Positions 58,201 to 64,000 of a stretch of 64,000 nucleotides of DNA are shown here, in pieces. Made by a program: the position numbers and the translations under genes. This DNA is from Sporopachydermia quercuum (taxonomy: Eukaryota), in the NCBI GenBank assembly GCA_001599295.1, contig BCGN01000009.1, forward strand, positions 726,413-790,412. The letters run 5' to 3'. The notes below the pieces were generated by a model. The model made no database searches and was not told where the DNA came from. It saw nothing but the letters and a program-made list of their open reading frames with translations. Each line of letters opens with the position of its first letter. The stretch's first letter is position 1.

Positions 58201-60516
58201 GTTGTGGAGTTCTGTTTCAGCAGCCAGGGCCCAGGAGGAGTTAGTAGTATGAAAACAGAGCGCCAGAGCGTCGCGTAGTGTTGTACTTGTTGATGCAGTT
58301 TCCACTGGGGCCAAAAGGATTGCAGGTCCTCCCAGAAGGATTGCTAGGTCGCCAGGAGCAGCTGTTTGCCAATAATAGGTGTTCCTTGANGAAGAGCCAG
58401 TTGCTTGCAGCTTTTCTGCAGCGTTTCTTGTAGGAATTGCGCTGTTTATGAAGTGAATGTTGGAGAGAGTTGTCCCTGGGACGGTCCCTCCACTCGGTCC
58501 TGAAACGGCAGTAATGAAATTACCACCAGTGGTAATTTCTGCATCGGCACCGCCAACAATAATTTTAGCATCTTCATTCCTATTACCGTCAGCAATCCCA
58601 TCGCATATATAATTGCCAGCCTGCAGTGAGAAAACCCACCTTGGGACGCTCGGTATTTTCTGCTCCTGCTGTTCTTGCTGCTCGTCGTACAGCTCCTGCA
58701 GTCGGATATCCCGTAGGGCTTTCCTATGGTATGTGAATAGCTCATCGCTAGTATCCTCAGGTCTATTTTTGCTTTCTGGGCCTAAAAAGAAGCTGTTGAC
58801 TATCCATTCTTGTGACACTNTCTCTGTGATGGATATATTGGTTATATGCAGCTGAGGAGGAATAACAGGAGTGGCTGCACCAGCTTCTCCACTGGCTATA
58901 AATTCACCAGAGAATCCTATGACAGGCTTCACACTCTCGCGACCAACCGTTGAACGCACGTACCCAAGAGACTGCACATACTCACCATCTACGTACATCA
59001 CCACTTGGTTCTTCTTCTCGGTATACTCATGAGCAGAGAAACTCAATACCAGGTGGTGGAACACACAAGTATCGAATTCAAACTCATCAAAAGCGAGGAG
59101 AGCTTTTGATCCATCTAGGAATTGGATCTCAACGGTTAAAACACTATTGCGAAGGAACACTTTTGTATAGAATCCTTCATTCGACTCCAGTTGGAGCAGT
59201 CCTATGTCCAACGTTGGTTCATCAGAGGGAACTATTCTACACCAAGTTGAAATAGAGCAGTTTGATAGCAAATCAGGACATGAAAGGTCGATTTCCGGGA
59301 AACTAATAGCTGCTTTGTCTCTGATGTCTGTAGGGGAAAATAGATAATGGTCTGGGTTCACCGATAGACGTTTCACAATGTCTGTAAGGAATCTGAGGGT
59401 CGAGCTATTGGATTTCGCTGATGCTAGCAACTGAGCGAACTCGTTGGCAGAGCATTGTTTTTCAGCAAGTAGCAGGCAAAGTTTTTCAAGAAAATACGTT
59501 CCAAGCGTAGGAATATCGTTAGGGCTATTGTTAGGGCTATTTTTTTTGGCAGTGGCCGAGAGTAATGGAGATAGTAGCCTCGAAAAGAGCGATATCCTAT
59601 GCAGACTCAAGCTGACCCAGGGTGAAGTTGTAGCTGTGAAATAGAGAGCGTCAAGCACAATGCACAGTAAAACAGTGTTTTTGTATATTCTCGATTTGCT
59701 GTGTCCGTATTGTGGGTTCTTTCGGCCGGAATCAGTATCTGAGTCCGNACCAGAGTCGTCAGTGTCGGAGTCTGAGTAGGAAGCAATGCCAGGTGCAGAG
59801 TTCTCCTCGGCGTACGTTTCTATTGCTAGGTTTTGAATTTGTTTGGTGATATTATCGGAACTCTCATCGTTTTTGCTGTTGCTGTTGCTGTTGCTAGTTA
59901 TTATTCTGCTGCTCGTACTAGATACCAGGTAAGCGATGATTTGGAATGCCAAATCACTATCTGGCAAAAAAGGGTTTCTAGCTGCGGATAAATTGCTGAT
60001 TGTAGCTGTTTCCACTTCTCGGATAAAATCGTTCGGTTCTTGGGATGATGCCATTCGGCTTAAATCGGATACGAGTTCATTGGTGATGTATCCGAATGTC
60101 CCCGTAGCCTCGGAAGAGCTTTCCTGGTAAATGCTATTAACACTGGCGTAGAAGGGCACTTCTAGCAGCACTTGTAGCAACTTCACGTCACCTCTGGTGT
60201 AGATATCCGAGTTAAATATCGTTTTGGCTATTCTTATAGCCGTATCCTCTTTATCTCGTAATGATACTCCTTGAGCTGTTTCCAGTAGACGACCTAGCTG
60301 GAAGAGGCAATTGGAGACCATGGTAGTTTGAGAAGAGCTAGTGATAGAGTCCTGAAACGAGAAAAAAGAGGTTAACTGGCCAATTAGCTCGTTTATTTGT
60401 TTTTCTGTTGACGCATCTCCCGTTTGTAGTTTCATCTCTGAAAGGCTTGATTTCAGCTGTCTAGAACCAGAGGCCCCTGGCCGCAGGGACCCAGAAGATG
60501 AAGGAGGATGGCTCAT
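52207..60516 (-). CDS. BPH1: BEACH-domain protein (PH-BEACH-WD40), 2769 aa
   Basis: [16 protein letters not shown] (PH), [62 protein letters not shown], C-terminal WD40 repeats. Confidence 0.95.
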   Translation of the reverse strand: [2769 protein letters not shown]

Positions 60517-62790
60517 CGTTTATGAATAACCGCTGGCAGCTTGAGGATAAACCTATTTGCTTTTAGATAAGTGTTTTCAATAGTCTGGCATTTGATATGT
60601 TCGTATGTATGTTATGCGTGATCTAATTCAACCTGGAGAAGCTTATGCTCTGGTGATCAATTGGCAGAAGAGGCTTATCAATTGAGTCTCGAACAGGTTG
60701 TTGGAAACCTATGGTTGTACCTTTTTCTTGACAGAGTACACTTTTCTTGGTTTTCTACTGGTCTTAACCAGCTGAATCCACATTTATAATGAAATTATCC
60801 TTTTATTTAATAGAATGAACGGTTGATCGATTGTTGTTGAAGATGGGAAATTCAGTAAAAGTATCACAGAAGAAGAAATGGAAATATTTAGGAGATTTAC
60901 ATAAGAAAGCACTTTAGATCTCCTTTCGTCAATGGATAAAGTTCAAGACTATGTTTAAGTATGTGTATTTGCATTCTCATGCATATATGAGGTGTGGGAT
61001 GAAAATAGGATTTATATGTAAATGGATTGGTTAAATATATTTAGAATGGAAACGCATATTATGGTTGAGCACTTGATATCTAATAAGACTCTAATTGTTT
61101 GGAAGCAATAAGTTTTAGAACCTAATGAAAAGATTCATTGTAAAGTGAGGTACATACCATGCAACTCATNTGTATTATTGTTAAGCTTTGATTCCGAAAT
61201 AGATTTGATGATCTTCCAATTCTCTTTTCGAGTGATAAATGATAAGACTTGGAGAACAAAGAAGAATATGAAGGTCTCCCTAATACCTGATTTTCAAAAA
61301 CAGCTAATGTTAAACCTCAAGTGTACGAGCCTGACATAGTCAAATGAATATCTATATACTGAAAGAGAACCCATAAGGAGTTACGTAAAGTTTGAAAATC
61401 TAATGCAAGTATTGAAACCTTGATAGTATACAGGTCAACTCTTTTGATCAAATAAAAATTCGTAGTTCAAACTCGCAATAATAGATACTATATATTATAC
61501 TCNACCTGTTTTATCAAAGTGAAAGATCAAGTAATCCCTTATCTCCTCTATACCATTGATGTGTGTCGTGTAAGCTTCTCCCTTAAAGTTGAGAATGCAT
61601 ATATCATATCTTGCATATTCCCGATGAGCACCAATTTCCTGTCGAAGTGATTAATCTATTGCTTATGCTAAGGATCCCTTTATGATATATAGTTGATATT
61701 TGTATAATGTTTTTCCACTTTTTGTCAGTTTTGCTATAAGAAAGAGTGTGGACCTGGTCCCTTGGACTGACTGAGGATGAGGCATCACTATCCTCAGCAA
61801 CGGTATTCTTCCTTAGTGGAGATATCTCAAACTATGAGATGCANATGCAGATAGTTGAACCAACTGACAAGCAACGGCCACTATGTTCAAAATTAACCTG
61901 TAAAGCTCTCATACACACAAAAGTGACCTAGACTGTTTTGTTCACTTTGTATTCCATATTGATAGTTTGGAAAATTAAAACTGGTAACACTCTACTTTCT
62001 CCTTCTTTCCTACACTGATCTTCCTCAGCTTAGAGTCTTGGTAAGCCACTTGCAACCCTGTATCCAAGTAGTCAATTCTAAGGATTACTTGATGGTGTAA
62101 AACATAGCACAGAACATATTCCATTCAGATGCTCTTACTTTCATTCACTAGGACATCGACCCTATAACAAGTAGATAAGTGAAAAATTGTGATTGAGGCT
62201 GAATAATCCATCAAGAAACCAAACAGAATAAATAATCAGAAAAACAGTTGCAAGATTGACTAGCAAAGCATCTCTATAGCTGGCAGGTTGCCTTCAGACG
62301 ATATATTATACGTACTACAAAAGAATTTCACATTAATAATTCTTATTTATTAGGTGGTGTTTCTATTTTTCTTTTCTCTTTTCTTTTTTCCTCTCCTATT
62401 ACGTGAAGTTGGCTTAGTCAAGCGAACAAATTGGAAGGTGATTGTGGTTCATTGGAAAAAATTGAACACAAACCGGTAGTTGACTGTTAACAAATTATGA
62501 AATAGCATAAAACAAAACTTGTATTTGTGATCAACTAATCTCATGGGTAGATAACGATCGTTTGTCCTAATCACAACTACCAACGATCATACATCAACAG
62601 GCCGCCCCAACGGTAAGGATTGGCACTTATAGGAAAGAACACTTACAGGAAAGAATAGAGGTCAAACCAACGTACAAAAGATACTAGATTAGTACTTACA
62701 GAGTATCAGAACTGCTGAAGGAATTCGTCCTAGAAATTTGGTACCAATTACTATATTTACTATTAGAGGATGGTCTGAGCAAAGGATACA

Positions 62791-64000
62791 ATGGACCGGC
62801 AAGAGTATGTAGCAGAAGACCTTGATTTGCCAATGGGCGACCCAGAAACCAAAAACAACGTCAGCGAAACTAGGAAATCAGCAGAAGACATCGAAATCGA
62901 AACAGACGAGCAGATAGCTTCTGAAGAACAAGAGTCAGACAAATTTCAAGCTGATGATGTTCTCGCAGACCAAAAACTCGCTCTCGCCAACTCAATCAAT
63001 CCTCCATACAAACCAAACGAAGACAGGTACGTTTTGCCAAAAGCTTGGTTTGAACAAGCACTTGGACAAAGATTTTCTACAACTACAGACTCAACTCACA
63101 TACCTCCAATTGACCTATCTTCTCTTGCGAAGGAAGACGATGTTTTGGCTGATAATATTGAAGGAGATATCGTATCCGTACCTGAAGATGCATACACCTT
63201 TTTGAAGGAGCGCTTCGGAATAAGGCAAGGATCCCCTGTAGTTGTTAGAAAGGCCATTGACGAGGAAACGATTGAGCTGTATATGCCTAAATTCTATGTC
63301 CATATAGTCAATGGTGCACCAGATGAACACCTTATAATTAGCCAACTGAACACTAGGGCAAGAAAGTCAGAATTTTTACTACCACGGAACTCAAATCTGA
63401 AAAATCTTTATAGCAAGATCGAGGGAATCATCAATACCAAAACCAAGAAGTATAAGATATGGAAGCTTTCTTCTGACGTTGCTAGAAATCTGCCACCTGT
63501 AGTATCTCCTCTGGTCAACCATGCTATTGCAAAAGAGGGCAAACAAATTATCAACAGCAAGAAGACATCGTCGTTGGAAACACTGGGGCTTGCCAATGGC
63601 GGTCACATACTATTAGAACCAAAGTTCAAGGGCCAGTCGAGAAAAGCAGAATTAGCAAACGCGAAAGCACTTGGTCGCTCTCTATCCCAAGCAGAGAGCT
63701 CTTACTCATTACAAGGAGGAACCACGGGTCTTACTAACCTGGGGAATACTTGCTATATGAACTCAGCTTTGCAATGCCTGGTGCACATTTCCGAAATCTG
63801 CGAATATTTTAGTTCCGGAGCATTTAGAATGGAGCTCAACAGAACAAATCCTTTAGGAATGAATGGACAAGTGGCAGAAGCATTCAACAAGCTGATACAA
63901 GAACTTTACGCCGACTCAAACGAAAAGGCATACTCTCCAAGGGCTTTCAAATCTGTCATAGGTAGGTATGGCCATATGTTCTCGGGATATCAACAACAGG
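62791..64000 (+). CDS. UBP12: Ubiquitin-specific protease with N-terminal DUSP domain (3' truncated by the window edge)
   Basis: Frame open from ATG 62791 to the window end, so it is missing from the ORF track. DUSP-like RYVLPKAWF...PPID, Cys box GLTNLGNTCYMNSALQCLVH, NPLGMNG, FSGYQQQ. Confidence 0.88.
   Translation, partial: MDRQEYVAEDLDLPMGDPETKNNVSETRKSAEDIEIETDEQIASEEQESDKFQADDVLADQKLALANSINPPYKPNEDRYVLPKAWFEQALGQRFSTTTDSTHIPPIDLSSLAKEDDVLADNIEGDIVSVPEDAYTFLKERFGIRQGSPVVVRKAIDEETIELYMPKFYVHIVNGAPDEHLIISQLNTRARKSEFLLPRNSNLKNLYSKIEGIINTKTKKYKIWKLSSDVARNLPPVVSPLVNHAIAKEGKQIINSKKTSSLETLGLANGGHILLEPKFKGQSRKAELANAKALGRSLSQAESSYSLQGGTTGLTNLGNTCYMNSALQCLVHISEICEYFSSGAFRMELNRTNPLGMNGQVAEAFNKLIQELYADSNEKAYSPRAFKSVIGRYGHMFSGYQQQ

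Noticed and set aside
62805..63035. GTATGT and GTACGT donor-like words early in UBP12
   Set aside because: The frame stays open and DUSP-like through them, and no matching branch/acceptor is needed.
1..64000. tRNA, rRNA, CRISPR arrays, intact transposons; scattered single N bases
   Set aside because: None detected by eye. The Ns are isolated ambiguity or masking characters that do not shift frames, so they are not treated as biological.

Overview
Eukaryotic budding-yeast (Saccharomycotina-like) genomic DNA. CTG sits at invariant Leu positions of Uba1 and glycogen synthase, so the standard code applies. The window is unusually intron-rich for a yeast. Gene order: BEM4-like (5' partial), UBA1, STE6, OPI3, TTI2, MAK32, UBC8, a 150-aa hypothetical, MAK31 (spliced, absent from the ORF track), glycogen synthase, an Lge1-like low-complexity protein, CDC6, SNT1, an ELO elongase, RRP43, a YJL193W/SLY41-like transporter, BPH1 and UBP12 (3' partial, absent from the ORF track). 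Main unexplained signals: (1) a ~296-nt, extensively nested RNA fold starting 4 nt after the transporter stop codon (50051-50346) that matches no ncRNA I recognise; (2) a candidate orphan box C/D snoRNA in an 863-nt UBA1 intron; (3) an a2-Mcm1 plus Ste12 element upstream of STE6; (4) a uORF-bearing 5'-UTR exon of glycogen synthase; (5) two weak decayed relics (MFS transporter, Ty3/gypsy integrase tail). All homology calls come from motif recognition by eye, not database searches.
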